Source: Eledone cirrhosa (Eukaryota). From it: 64,000 bases of DNA. Below the pieces are notes generated by a model. The model did no database searches. It saw nothing but the letters and a program-made list of their open reading frames with translations, and was not told the DNA's origin. The stretch spans positions 1 through 64,000 of the forward strand of contig CAXHJY010001098.1 of NCBI GenBank assembly GCA_964016885.1, written 5' to 3'. A program made the position numbers and the translations under genes. Below are positions 39,301 to 53,800 of this stretch, piece by piece (position 1 is the first letter of the stretch; each line of letters opens with the position of its first letter).

Positions 39301-42300
39301 CACATAGCCAATGAGTGTCTGCACATGTACCAGTAATTACAGATCGATCCGACCACGGGCGGCCGGCCCGCGATTGAAAAGGTAACTCCGCCGGCAAATC
39401 GTCATTTTTGGATTCGTTTTCTTCGAAGCACACCATTCGCCGGCGGACTTTGTTGACGTTTAACACGGTTTGGTTCCACAGCCACAACTATTGATTTTAC
39501 GGAGATATCTTGCTGAAATTCACGCCGCACATAGCCAATGAGTGTCTGCACATGTACCAGTAATTACAGATCGATCTGACCACGGGCGGCCGGCCCGCGA
39601 TTGAAAAGGTAACTCCGCCGGCAAATCGTCATTTTTGGATTCGTTTTCTTCGAAGCACACCATTCGCCGGCGGACTTTGTTGACGTTTAACACGGTTTGG
39701 TTCCACAGCCACAACTATTGATTTTACGGAGATATCTTGCTGAAATTCACGCCGCACATAGCCAATGAGTGTCTGCACATGTACCAGTAATTACAGATCT
39801 ATCCGACCACGGGCGGCCGGCCCGCGATTGAAAAGGTAACTCCGCCGGCAAATCGTCATTTTTGGATTCGTTTTCTTCGAAGCACACCATTCGCCGGCGG
39901 ACTTTGTTGACGTTTAACACGGTTTGGTTCCACAGCCACAACTATTGATTTTACGGAGATATCTTGCTGAAATTCACGCCGCACATAGCCAATGAGTGTC
40001 TGCACATGTACCAGTAATTACAGATCGATCCGACCACGGGCGGCCGGTCCGCGATTGAAAAGGTAACTCCGCCGGCAAATCGTCATTTTTGGATTCGTTT
40101 TCTTCGAAGCACACCATTCGCCGGCGGACTTTGTTGACGTTTAACACGGTTTGGTTCCACAGCCACAACTATTGAATTCACGGAGATATCTTGCTGAAAT
40201 TCACGCCACACATAGCCAATGAGTGTCTGCACATGTACCAGTAATTACAGATCGATCCGACCACGGGCGGCCGGCCCGCGATTGAAAAGGTAACTCCGCC
40301 GGCAAATCGTCATTTTTGGATTCGTTTTCTTCGAAGCACACCATTCGCCGGCGGACTTTGTTGACGTTTAACACGGTTTGGTTCCACAGCCACAACTATT
40401 GATTTTACGGAGATATCTTGCTGAAATTCACGCCACACATAGCCAATGAGTGTCTGCACATGTACCAGTAATTACAGATCGATCCGACCACGGGCGGCCG
40501 GCCCGCGATTGAAAAGGTAACTCCGCCGGCAAATCGTCATTTTTGGATTCGTTTTCTTCGAAGCACACCATTCGCCGGCGGACTTTGTTGACGTTTAACA
40601 CGGTTTGGTTCCACAGCCACAACTATTGATTTTACGGAGATATCTTGCTGAAATTCACGCCGCACATAGCCAATGAGTGTCTGCACATGTACCAGTAATT
40701 ACAGATCGATCTGACCACGAGCGGCCGGCCCGCGATTGAAAAGGTAACTCCGCCGGCAAATCGTCATTTTTGGATTCGTTTTCTTCGAAGCACACCATTC
40801 GCCGGCGGACTTTGTTGACGTTTAACACGGTTTGGTTCCACAGCCACAACTATTGATTTTACGGAGATATCTTGCTGAAATTCACGCCGCACATAGCCAA
40901 TGAGTGTCTGCACATGTACCAGTAATTACAGATCTATCCGACCACGGGCGGCCGGCCCGCGATTGAAAAGGTAACTCCGCCGGCAAATCGTCATTTTTGG
41001 ATTCGTTTTCTTCGAAGCACACCATTCGCCGGCGGACTTTGTTGACGTTTAACACGGTTTGGTTCCACAGCCACAACTATTGATTTTACGGAGATATCTT
41101 GCTGAAATTCACGCCGCACATAGCCAATGAGTGTCTGCACATGTACCAGTAATTACAGATCGATCCGACCACGGGCGGCCGGTCCGCGATTGAAAAGGTA
41201 ACTCCGCCGGCAAATCGTCATTTTTGGATTCGTTTTCTTCGAAGCACACCATTCGCCGGCGGACTTTGTTGACGTTTAACACGGTTTGGTTCCACAGCCA
41301 CAACTATTGAATTCACGGAGATATCTTGCTGAAATTCACGCCACACATAGCCAATGAGTGTCTGCACATGTACCAGCAATTACAGATCGATCCGACCACG
41401 GGCGGCCGGCCCGCGATTGAAAAGGTAACTCCGCCGGCAAATCGTCATTTTTGGATTCGTTTTCTTCGAAGCACACCATTCGCCGGCGGACTTTGTTGAC
41501 GTTTAACACGGTTTGGTTCCACAGCCACAACTATTGATTTTACGGAGATATCTTGCTGAAATTCACGCCGCACATAGCCAATGAGTGTCTGCACATGTAC
41601 CAGTAATTACAGATCGATCCGACCACGGGCGGCCGGCCCGCGATTGAAAAGGTAACTCCGCCGGCAAATCGTCATTTTTGGATTCGTTTTCTTCGAAGCA
41701 CACCATTCGCCGGCGGACTTTGTTGACGTTTAACACGGTTTGGTTCCACAGCCACAACTATTGATTTTACGGAGATATCTTGCTGAAATTCACGCCGCAC
41801 ATAGCCAATGAGTGTCTGCACATGTACCAGTAATTACAGATCGATCCGACCACGGGCGGCCGGCCCGCGATTGAAAAGGTAACTCCGCCGGCAAATCGTC
41901 ATTTTTGGATTCGTTTTCTTCGAAGCACACCATTCGCCGGCGGACTTTGTTGACGTTTAACACGGTTTGGTTCCACAGCCACAACTATTGATTTTACGGA
42001 GATATCTTGCTGAAATTCACGCCGCACATAGCCAATGGGTGTCTGCACATGTACCAGTAATTACAGATCGATCCGACCACGGGCGGCCGGCCCGCGATTG
42101 AAAAGGTAACTCCGCCGGCAAATCGTCATTTTTGGATTCGTTTTCTTCGAAGCACACCATTCGCCGGCGGACTTTGTTGACGTTTAACACGGTTTGGTTC
42201 CACAGCCACAACTATTGAATTCACGGAGATATCTTGCTGAAATTCACGCCACACATAGCCAATGAGTGTCTGCACATGTACCAGTAATTACAGATCGATC

Positions 42301-45300
42301 CGACCACGGGCGGCCGGCCCGCGATTGAAAAGGTAACTCCGCCGGCAAATCGTCATTTTTGGATTCGTTTTCTTCGAAGCACACCATTCGCCGGCGGACT
42401 TTGTTGACGTTTAACACGGTTTGGTTCCACAGCCACAACTATTGATTTTACGGAGATATCTTGCTGAAATTCACGCCGCACATAGCCAATGAGTGTCTGC
42501 ACATGTACCAGTAATTACAGATCGATCCGACCACGGGCGGCCGGCCCGCGATTGAAAAGGTAACTCCGCCGGCAAATCGTCATTTTTGGATTCGTTTTCT
42601 TCGAAGCACACCATTTGCCGGCGGACTTTGTTGACGTTTAACACGGTTTGGTTCCACAGCCACAACTATTGATTTTATGGAGATATCTTGCTGAAATTCA
42701 CGCCGCACATAGCCAATGAGTGTCTGCACATGTACCAGTAATTACAGATCGATCCGACCACGGGCGGCCGGTCCGCGATTGAAAAGGTAACTCCGCCGGC
42801 AAATCGTCATTTTTGGATTCGTTTTCTTCGAAGCACACCATTCGCCGGCGGACTTTGTTGACGTTTAACACGGTTTGGTTCCACAGCCACAACTATTGAA
42901 TTCACGGAGATATCTTGCTGAAATTCACGCCACACATAGCCAATGAGTGTCTGCACATGTACCAGTAATTACAGATCGATCCGACCACGGGCGGCCGGCC
43001 CGCGATTGAAAAGGTAACTCCGCCGGCAAATCGTCATTTTTGGATTCGTTTTCTTCGAAGCACACCATTCGCCGGCGGACTTTGTTGACGTTTAACACGG
43101 TTTGGTTCCACAGCCACAACTATTGATTTTACGGAGATATCTTGCTGAAATTCACGCCGCACATAGCCAATGAGTGTCTGCACATGTACCAGTAATTACA
43201 GATCGATCTGACCACGGGCGGCCGGCCCGCGATTGAAAAGGTAACTCCGCCGGCAAATCGTCATTTTTGGATTCGTTTTCTTCGAAGCACACCATTTGCC
43301 GGCGGACTTTGTTGACGTTTAACACGGTTTGGTTCCACAGCCACAACTATTGATTTTATGGAGATATCTTGCTGAAATTCACGCCGCACATAGCCAATGA
43401 GTGTCTGCACATGTACCAGTAATTACAGATCGATCCGACCACGGGCGGCCGGTCCGCGATTGAAAAGGTAACTCCGCCGGCAAATCGTCATTTTTGGATT
43501 CGTTTTCTTCGAAGCACACCATTCGCCGGCGGACTTTGTTGACGTTTAACACGGTTTGGTTCCACAGCCACAACTATTGAATTCACGGAGATATCTTGCT
43601 GAAATTCACGCCACACATAGCCAATGAGTGTCTGCACATGTACCAGTAATTACAGATCGATCCGACCACGGGCGGCCGGCCCGCGATTGAAAAGGTAACT
43701 CCGCCGGCAAATCGTCATTTTTGGATTCGTTTTCTTCGAAGCACACCATTCGCCGGCGGACTTTGTTGACGTTTAACACGGTTTGGTTCCACAGCCACAA
43801 CTATTGATTTTACGGAGATATCTTGCTGAAATTCACGCCGCACATAGCCAATGAGTGTCTGCACAGGTACCAGTAATTACAGATCGATCTGACCACGGGC
43901 GGCCGGCCCGCGATTGAAAAGGTAACTCCGCCGGCAAATCGTCATTTTTGGATTCGTTTTCTTCGAAGCACACCATTCGCCGGCGGACTTTGTTGACGTT
44001 TAACACGGTTTGGTTCCACAGCCACAACTATTGATTTTACGGAGATATCTTGCTGAAATTCACGCCGCACATAGCCAATGAGTGTCTGCACATGTACCAG
44101 TAATTACAGATCTATCCGACCACGGGCGGCCGGCCCGCGATTGAAAAGGTAACTCCGCCGGCAAATCGTCATTTTTGGATTCGTTTTCTTCGAAGCACAC
44201 CATTCGCCGGCGGACTTTGTTGACGTTTAACACGGTTTGGTTCCACAGCCACAACTATTGAATTCACGGAGATATCTTGCTGAAATTCACGCCACACATA
44301 GCCAATGAGTGTCTGCACATGTACCAGTAATTACAGATCGATCCGACCACGGGCGGCCGGCCCGCGATTGAAAAGGTAACTCCGCCGGCAAATCGTCATT
44401 TTTGGATTCGTTTTCTTCGAAGCACACCATTCGCCGGCGGACTTTGTTGACGTTTAACACGGTTTGGTTCCACAGCCACAACTATTGATTTTACGGAGAT
44501 ATCTTGCTGAAATTCACGCCGCACATAGCCAATGAGTGTCTGCACATGTACCAGTAATTACAGATCGATCCGACCACGGGCGGCCGGCCCGCGATTGAAA
44601 AGGTAACTCCGCCGGCAAATCGTCATTTTTGGATTCGTTTTCTTCGAAGCACACCATTCGCCGGCGGACTTTGTTGACGTTTAACACGGTTTGGTTCCAC
44701 AGCCACAACTATTGATTTTACGGAGATATCTTGCTGAAATTCACGCCGCACATAGCCAATGGGTGTCTGCACATGTACCAGTAATTACAGATCGATCCGA
44801 CCACGGGCGGCCGGCCCGCGATTGAAAAGGTAACTCCGCCGGCAAATCGTCATTTTTGGATTCGTTTTCTTCGAAGCACACCATTCGCCGGCGGACATTG
44901 TTGACGTTTAACACGGTTTGGTTCCACAGCCACAACTATTGATTTTACGGAGATATCTTGCTGAAATTCACGCCACACATAGCCAATGAGTGTCTGCACA
45001 TGTACCAGTAATTACAGATCGATCCGACCACGGGCGGCCGGCCCGCGATTGAAAAGGTAACTCCGCCGGCAAATCGTCATTTTTGGATTCGTTTTCTTCG
45101 AAGCACACCATTCGCCGGCGGACTTTGTTGACGTTTAACACGGTTTGGTTCCACAGCCACAACTATTGATTTTACGGAGATATCTTGCTGAAATTCACGC
45201 CGCACATAGCCAATGAGTGTCTGCACATGTACCAGTAATTACAGATCGATCCGACCACGGGCGGCCGGCCCGCGATTGAAAAGGTAACTCCGCCGGCAAA

Positions 45301-48300
45301 TCGTCATTTTTGGATTCGTTTTCTTCGAAGCACACCATTCGCCGGCGGACTTTGTTGACGTTTAACACGGTTTGGTTCCACAGCCACAACTATTGATTTT
45401 ACGGAGATATCTTGCTGAAATTCACGCCGCACATAGCCAATGAGTGTCTGCACATGTACCAGTAATTACAGATCTATCCGACCACGGGCGGCCGGCCCGC
45501 GATTGAAAAGGTAACTCCGCCGGCAAATCGTCATTTTTGGATTCGTTTTCTTCGAAGCACACCATTCGCCGGCGGACTTTGTTGACGTTTAACACGGTTT
45601 GGTTCCACAGCCACAACTATTGATTTTACGGAGATATCTTGCTGAAATTCACGCCGCACATAGCCAATGAGTGTCTGCACATGTACCAGTAATTACAGAT
45701 CGATCCGACCACGGGCGGCCGGTCCGCGATTGAAAAGGTAACTCCGCCGGCAAATCGTCATTTTTGGATTCGTTTTCTTCGAAGCACACCATTCGCCGGC
45801 GGACTTTGTTGACGTTTAACACGGTTTGGTTCCACAGCCACAACTATTGAATTCACGGAGATATCTTGCTGAAATTCACGCCACACATAGCCAATGAGTG
45901 TCTGCACATGTACCAGTAATTACAGATCGATCCGACCACGGGCGGCCGGCCCGCGATTGAAAAGGTAACTCCGCCGGCAAATCGTCATTTTTGGATTCGT
46001 TTTCTTCGAAGCACACCATTCGCCGGCGGACTTTGTTGACGTTTAACACGGTTTGGTTCCACAGCCACAACTATTGAATTTACGGAGATATCTTGCTGAA
46101 ATTCACGCCACACATAGCCAATGAGTGTCTGCACATGTACCAGTAATTACAGATCGATCCGACCACGGGCGGCCGGCCCGCGATTGAAAAGGTAACTCCG
46201 CCGGCAAATCGTCATTTTTGGATTCGTTTTCTTCGAAGCACACCATTCGCCGGCGGACTTTGTTGACGTTTAACACGGTTTGGTTCCACAGCCACAACTA
46301 TTGATTTTATGGAGATATCTTGCTGAAATTCACGCCGCACATAGCCAATGAGTGTCTGCACATGTACCAGTAATTACAGATCGATCCGACCACGGGCGGC
46401 CGGTCCGCGATTGAAAAGGTAACTCCGCCGGCAAATCGTCATTTTTGGATTCGTTTTCTTCGAAGCACACCATTCGCCGGCGGACTTTGTTGACGTTTAA
46501 CACGGTTTGGTTCCACAGCCACAACTATTGAATTCACGGAGATATCTTGCTGAAATTCACGCCACACATAGCCAATGAGTGTCTGCACATGTACCAGTAA
46601 TTACAGATCGATCCGACCACGGGCGGCCGGCCCGCGATTAAAAAGGTAACTCCGCCGGCAAATCGTCATTTTTGGATTCGTTTTCTTCGAAGCACACCAT
46701 TCGCCGGCGGACTTTGTTGACGTTTAACACGGTTTGGTTCCACAGCCACAACTATTGAATTTACGGAGATATCTTGCTGAAATTCACGCCACACATAGCC
46801 AATGAGTGTCTGCACATGTACCAGTAATTACAGATCGATCTGACCACGGGCGGCCGGCCCGCGATTGAAAAGGTAACTCCGCCGGCAAATCGTCATTTTT
46901 GGATTCGTTTTCTTCGAAGCACACCATTCGCCGGCGGACTTTGTTGACGTTTAACACGGTTTGGTTCCACAGCCACAACTATTGATTTTACGGAGATATC
47001 TTGCTGAAATTCACGCCGCACATAGCCAATGAGTGTCTGCACATGTACCAGTAATTACAGATCGATCCGACCACGGGCGGCCGGCCCGCGATTGAAAAGG
47101 TAACTCCGCCGGCAAATCGTCATTTTTGGATTCGTTTTCTTCGAAGCACACCATTCGCCGGCGGACTTTGTTGACGTTTAACACGGTTTGGTTCCACAGC
47201 CACAACTATTGATTTTACGGAGATATCTTGCTGAAATTCACGCCGCACATAGCCAATGAGTGTCTGCACATGTACCAGTAATTACAGATCGATCCGACCA
47301 CGGGCGGCCGGCCCGCGATTGAAAAGGTAACTCCGCCGGCAAATCGTCATTTTTGGATTCGTTTTCTTCGAAGCACACCATTCGCCGGCGGACATTGTTG
47401 ACGTTTAACACGGTTTGGTTCCACAGCCACAACTATTGATTTTACGGAGATATCTTGCTGAAATTCACGCCACACATAGCCAATGAGTGTCTGCACATGT
47501 ACCAGTAATTACAGATCGATCCGAGCACGGGCGGCCGGCCCGCGATTGAAAAGGTAACTCCGCCGGCAAATCGTCATTTTTGGATTCGTTTTCTTCGAAG
47601 CACACCATTCGCCGGCGGACATTGTTGACGTTTAACACGGTTTGGTTCCACAGCCACAACTATTGATTTTACGGAGATATCTTGCTGAAATTCACGCCAC
47701 ACATAGCCAATGAGTGTCTGCACATGTACCAGTAATTACAGATCGATCCGACCACGGGCGGCCGGCCCGCGATTGAAAAGGTAACTCCGCCGGCAAATCG
47801 TCATTTTTGGATTCGTTTTCTTCGAAGCACACCATTCGCCGGCGGACTTTGTTGACGTTTAACACGGTTTGGTTCCACAGCCACAACTATTGAATTTACG
47901 GAGATATCTTGCTGAAATTCACGCCACACATAGCCAATGAGTGTCTGCACATGTACCAGTAATTACAGATCGATCCGACCACGGGCGGCCGGCCCGCGAT
48001 TGAAAAGGTAACTCCGCCGGCAAATCGTCATTTTTGGATTCGTTTTCTTCGAAGCACACCATTCGCCGGCGGACTTTGTTGACGTTTAACACGGTTTGGT
48101 TCCACAGCCACAACTATTGATTTTATGGAGATATCTTGCTGAAATTCACGCCGCACATAGCCAATGAGTGTCTGCACATGTACCAGTAATTACAGATCGA
48201 TCCGACCACGGGCGGCCGGTCCGCGATTGAAAAGGTAACTCCGCCGGCAAATCGTCATTTTTGGATTCGTTTTCTTCGAAGCACACCATTCGCCGGCGGA

Positions 48301-50847
48301 CTTTGTTGACGTTTAACACGGTTTGGTTCCACAGCCACAACTATTGAATTCACGGAGATATCTTGCTGAAATTCACGCCACACATAGCCAATGAGTGTCT
48401 GCACATGTACCAGTAATTACAGATCGATCCGACCACGGGCGGCCGGCCCGCGATTGAAAAGGTAACTCCGCCGGCAAATCGTCATTTTTGGATTCGTTTT
48501 CTTCGAAGCACACCATTCGCCGGCGGACTTTGTTGACGTTTAACACGGTTTGGTTCCACAGCCACAACTATTGATTTTACGGAGATATCTTGCTGAAATT
48601 CACGCCGCACATAGCCAATGAGTGTCTGCACATGTACCAGTAATTACAGATCGATCTGACCACGGGCGGCCGGCCCGCGATTGAAAAGGTAACTCCGCCG
48701 GCAAATCGTCATTTTTGGATTCGTTTTCTTCGAAGCACACCATTCGCCGGCGGACTTTGTTGACGTTTAACACGGTTTGGTTCCACAGCCACAACTATTG
48801 ATTTTACGGAGATATCTTGCTGAAATTCACGCCGCACATAGCCAATGAGTGTCTGCACATGTACCAGTAATTACAGATCTATCCGACCACGGGCGGCCGG
48901 CCCGCGATTGAAAAGGTAACTCCGCCGGCAAATCGTCATTTTTGGATTCGTTTTCTTCGAAGCACACCATTCGCCGGCGGACTTTGTTGACGTTTAACAC
49001 GGTTTGGTTCCACAGCCACAACTATTGATTTTACGGAGATATCTTGCTGAAATTCACGCCGCACATAGCCAATGAGTGTCTGCACATGTACCAGTAATTA
49101 CAGATCGATCCGACCACGGGCGGCCGGTCCGCGATTGAAAAGGTAACTCCGCCGGCAAATCGTCATTTTTGGATTCGTTTTCTTCGAAGCACACCATTCG
49201 CCGGCGGACTTTGTTGACGTTTAACACGGTTTGGTTCCACAGCCACAACTATTGAATTCACGGAGATATCTTGCTGAAATTCACGCCACACATAGCCAAT
49301 GAGTGTCTGCACATGTACCAGTAATTACAGATCGATCCGACCACGGGCGGCCGGCCCGCGATTGAAAAGGTAACTCCGCCGGCAAATCGTCATTTTTGGA
49401 TTCGTTTTCTTCGAAGCACACCATTCGCCGGCGGACTTTGTTGACGTTTAACACGGTTTGGTTCCACAGCCACAACTATTGATTTTACGGAGATATCTTG
49501 CTGAAATTCACGCCACACATAGCCAATGAGTGTCTGCACATGTACCAGTAATTACAGATCGATCCGACCACGGGCGGCCGGCCCGCGATTGAAAAGGTAA
49601 CTCCGCCGGCAAATCGTCATTTTTGGATTCGTTTTCTTCGAAGCACACCATTCGCCGGCGGACTTTGTTGACGTTTAACACGGTTTGGTTCCACAGCCAC
49701 AACTATTGATTTTACGGAGATATCTTGCTGAAATTCACGCCGCACATAGCCAATGAGTGTCTGCACATGTACCAGTAATTACAGATCGATCTGACCACGA
49801 GCGGCCGGCCCGCGATTGAAAAGGTAACTCCGCCGGCAAATCGTCATTTTTGGATTCGTTTTCTTCGAAGCACACCATTCGCCGGCGGACTTTGTTGACG
49901 TTTAACACGGTTTGGTTCCACAGCCACAACTATTGATTTTACGGAGATATCTTGCTGAAATTCACGCCGCACATAGCCAATGAGTGTCTGCACATGTACC
50001 AGTAATTACAGATCTATCCGACCACGGGCGGCCGGCCCGCGATTGAAAAGGTAACTCCGCCGGCAAATCGTCATTTTTGGATTCGTTTTCTTCGAAGCAC
50101 ACCATTCGCCGGCGGACTTTGTTGACGTTTAACACGGTTTGGTTCCACAGCCACAACTATTGATTTTACGGAGATATCTTGCTGAAATTCACGCCGCACA
50201 TAGCCAATGAGTGTCTGCACATGTACCAGTAATTACAGATCGATCCGACCACGGGCGGCCGGTCCGCGATTGAAAAGGTAACTCCGCCGGCAAATCGTCA
50301 TTTTTGGATTCGTTTTCTTCGAAGCACACCATTCGCCGGCGGACTTTGTTGACGTTTAACACGGTTTGGTTCCACAGCCACAACTATTGAATTCACGGAG
50401 ATATCTTGCTGAAATTCACGCCACACATAGCCAATGAGTGTCTGCACATGTACCAGCAATTACAGATCGATCCGACCACGGGCGGCCGGCCCGCGATTGA
50501 AAAGGTAACTCCGCCGGCAAATCGTCATTTTTGGATTCGTTTTCTTCGAAGCACACCATTCGCCGGCGGACTTTGTTGACGTTTAACACGGTTTGGTTCC
50601 ACAGCCACAACTATTGATTTTACGGAGATATCTTGCTGAAATTCACGCCGCACATAGCCAATGAGTGTCTGCACATGTACCAGTAATTACAGATCGATCC
50701 GACCACGGGCGGCCGGCCCGCGATTGAAAAGGTAACTCCGCCGGCAAATCGTCATTTTTGGATTCGTTTTCTTCGAAGCACACCATTCGCCGGCGGACTT
50801 TGTTGACGTTTAACACGGTTTGGTTCCACAGCCACAACTATTGATTT
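33142..50847. repeat. Higher-order duplication with 40-monomer period (9080 bp)
   Basis: Rare markers recur at +9080: G106A 37560/46640, C83G (ORFs 38385/47465), G88A (40655/49735), T64C (41336/50416), C168T (33391/42471 and 34072/43152). Confidence 0.93.
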
Positions 50848-53800
50848 TACGGAGATATCTTGCTGAAATTCACGCCGCACATAGCCAATGGGTGTCTGCA
50901 CATGTACCAGTAATTACAGATCGATCCGACCACGGGCGGCCGGCCCGCGATTGAAAAGGTAACTCCGCCGGCAAATCGTCATTTTTGGATTCGTTTTCTT
51001 CGAAGCACACCATTCGCCGGCGGACTTTGTTGACGTTTAACACGGTTTGGTTCCACAGCCACAACTATTGAATTCACGGAGATATCTTGCTGAAATTCAC
51101 GCCACACATAGCCAATGAGTGTCTGCACATGTACCAGTAATTACAGATCGATCCGACCACGGGCGGCCGGCCCGCGATTGAAAAGGTAACTCCGCCGGCA
51201 AATCGTCATTTTTGGATTCGTTTTCTTCGAAGCACACCATTCGCCGGCGGACTTTGTTGACGTTTAACACGGTTTGGTTCCACAGCCACAACTATTGATT
51301 TTACGGAGATATCTTGCTGAAATTCACGCCGCACATAGCCAATGAGTGTCTGCACATGTACCAGTAATTACAGATCGATCCGACCACGGGCGGCCGGCCC
51401 GCGATTGAAAAGGTAACTCCGCCGGCAAATCGTCATTTTTGGATTCGTTTTCTTCGAAGCACACCATTTGCCGGCGGACTTTGTTGACGTTTAACACGGT
51501 TTGGTTCCACAGCCACAACTATTGATTTTATGGAGATATCTTGCTGAAATTCACGCCGCACATAGCCAATGAGTGTCTGCACATGTACCAGTAATTACAG
51601 ATCGATCCGACCACGGGCGGCCGGTCCGCGATTGAAAAGGTAACTCCGCCGGCAAATCGTCATTTTTGGATTCGTTTTCTTCGAAGCACACCATTCGCCG
51701 GCGGACTTTGTTGACGTTTAACACGGTTTGGTTCCACAGCCACAACTATTGAATTCACGGAGATATCTTGCTGAAATTCACGCCACACATAGCCAATGAG
51801 TGTCTGCACATGTACCAGTAATTACAGATCGATCCGACCACGGGCGGCCGGCCCGCGATTGAAAAGGTAACTCCGCCGGCAAATCGTCATTTTTGGATTC
51901 GTTTTCTTCGAAGCACACCATTCGCCGGCGGACTTTGTTGACGTTTAACACGGTTTGGTTCCACAGCCACAACTATTGATTTTACGGAGATATCTTGCTG
52001 AAATTCACGCCGCACATAGCCAATGAGTGTCTGCACATGTACCAGTAATTACAGATCTATCCGACCACGGGCGGCCGGCCCGCGATTGAAAAGGTAACTC
52101 CGCCGGCAAATCGTCATTTTTGGATTCGTTTTCTTCGAAGCACACCATTCGCCGGCGGACTTTGTTGACGTTTAACACGGTTTGGTTCCACAGCCACAAC
52201 TATTGAATTCACGGAGATATCTTGCTGAAATTCACGCCACACATAGCCAATGAGTGTCTGCACATGTACCAGTAATTACAGATCGATCCGACCACGGGCG
52301 GCCGGCCCGCGATTGAAAAGGTAACTCCGCCGGCAAATCGTCATTTTTGGATTCGTTTTCTTCGAAGCACACCATTCGCCGGCGGACTTTGTTGACGTTT
52401 AACACGGTTTGGTTCCACAGCCACAACTATTGATTTTACGGAGATATCTTGCTGAAATTCACGCCGCACATAGCCAATGAGTGTCTGCACATGTACCAGT
52501 AATTACAGATCGATCCGACCACGGGCGGCCGGCCCGCGATTGAAAAGGTAACTCCGCCGGCAAATCGTCATTTTTGGATTCGTTTTCTTCGAAGCACACC
52601 ATTCGCCGGCGGACTTTGTTGACGTTTAACACGGTTTGGTTCCACAGCCACAACTATTGATTTTACGGAGATATCTTGCTGAAATTCACGCCGCACATAG
52701 CCAATGAGTGTCTGCACATGTACCAGTAATTACAGATCGATCCGACCACGGGCGGCCGGCCCGCGATTGAAAAGGTAACTCCGCCGGCAAATCGTCATTT
52801 TTGGATTCGTTTTCTTCGAAGCACACCATTCGCCGGCGGACTTTGTTGACGTTTAACACGGTTTGGTTCCACAGCCACAACTATTGATTTTACGGAGATA
52901 TCTTGCTGAAATTCACGCCGCACATAGCCAATGAGTGTCTGCACATGTACCAGTAATTACAGATCTATCCGACCACGGGCGGCCGGCCCGCGATTGAAAA
53001 GGTAACTCCGCCGGCAAATCGTCATTTTTGGATTCGTTTTCTTCGAAGCACACCATTCGCCGGCGGACTTTGTTGACGTTTAACACGGTTTGGTTCCACA
53101 GCCACAACTATTGATTTTACGGAGATATCTTGCTGAAATTCACGCCGCACATAGCCAATGAGTGTCTGCACATGTACCAGTAATTACAGATCGATCCGAC
53201 CACGGGCGGCCGGTCCGCGATTGAAAAGGTAACTCCGCCGGCAAATCGTCATTTTTGGATTCGTTTTCTTCGAAGCACACCATTCGCCGGCGGACTTTGT
53301 TGACGTTTAACACGGTTTGGTTCCACAGCCACAACTATTGAATTCACGGAGATATCTTGCTGAAATTCACGCCACACATAGCCAATGAGTGTCTGCACAT
53401 GTACCAGTAATTACAGATCGATCCGACCACGGGCGGCCGGCCCGCGATTGAAAAGGTAACTCCGCCGGCAAATCGTCATTTTTGGATTCGTTTTCTTCGA
53501 AGCACACCATTCGCCGGCGGACTTTGTTGACGTTTAACACGGTTTGGTTCCACAGCCACAACTATTGAATTTACGGAGATATCTTGCTGAAATTCACGCC
53601 ACACATAGCCAATGAGTGTCTGCATATGTACCAGTAATTACAGATCGATCCGACCACGGGCGGCCGGCCCGCGATTGAAAAGGTAACTCCGCCGGCAAAT
53701 CGTCATTTTTGGATTCGTTTTCTTCGAAGCACACCATTCGCCGGCGGACTTTGTTGACGTTTAACACGGTTTGGTTCCACAGCCACAACTATTGATTTTA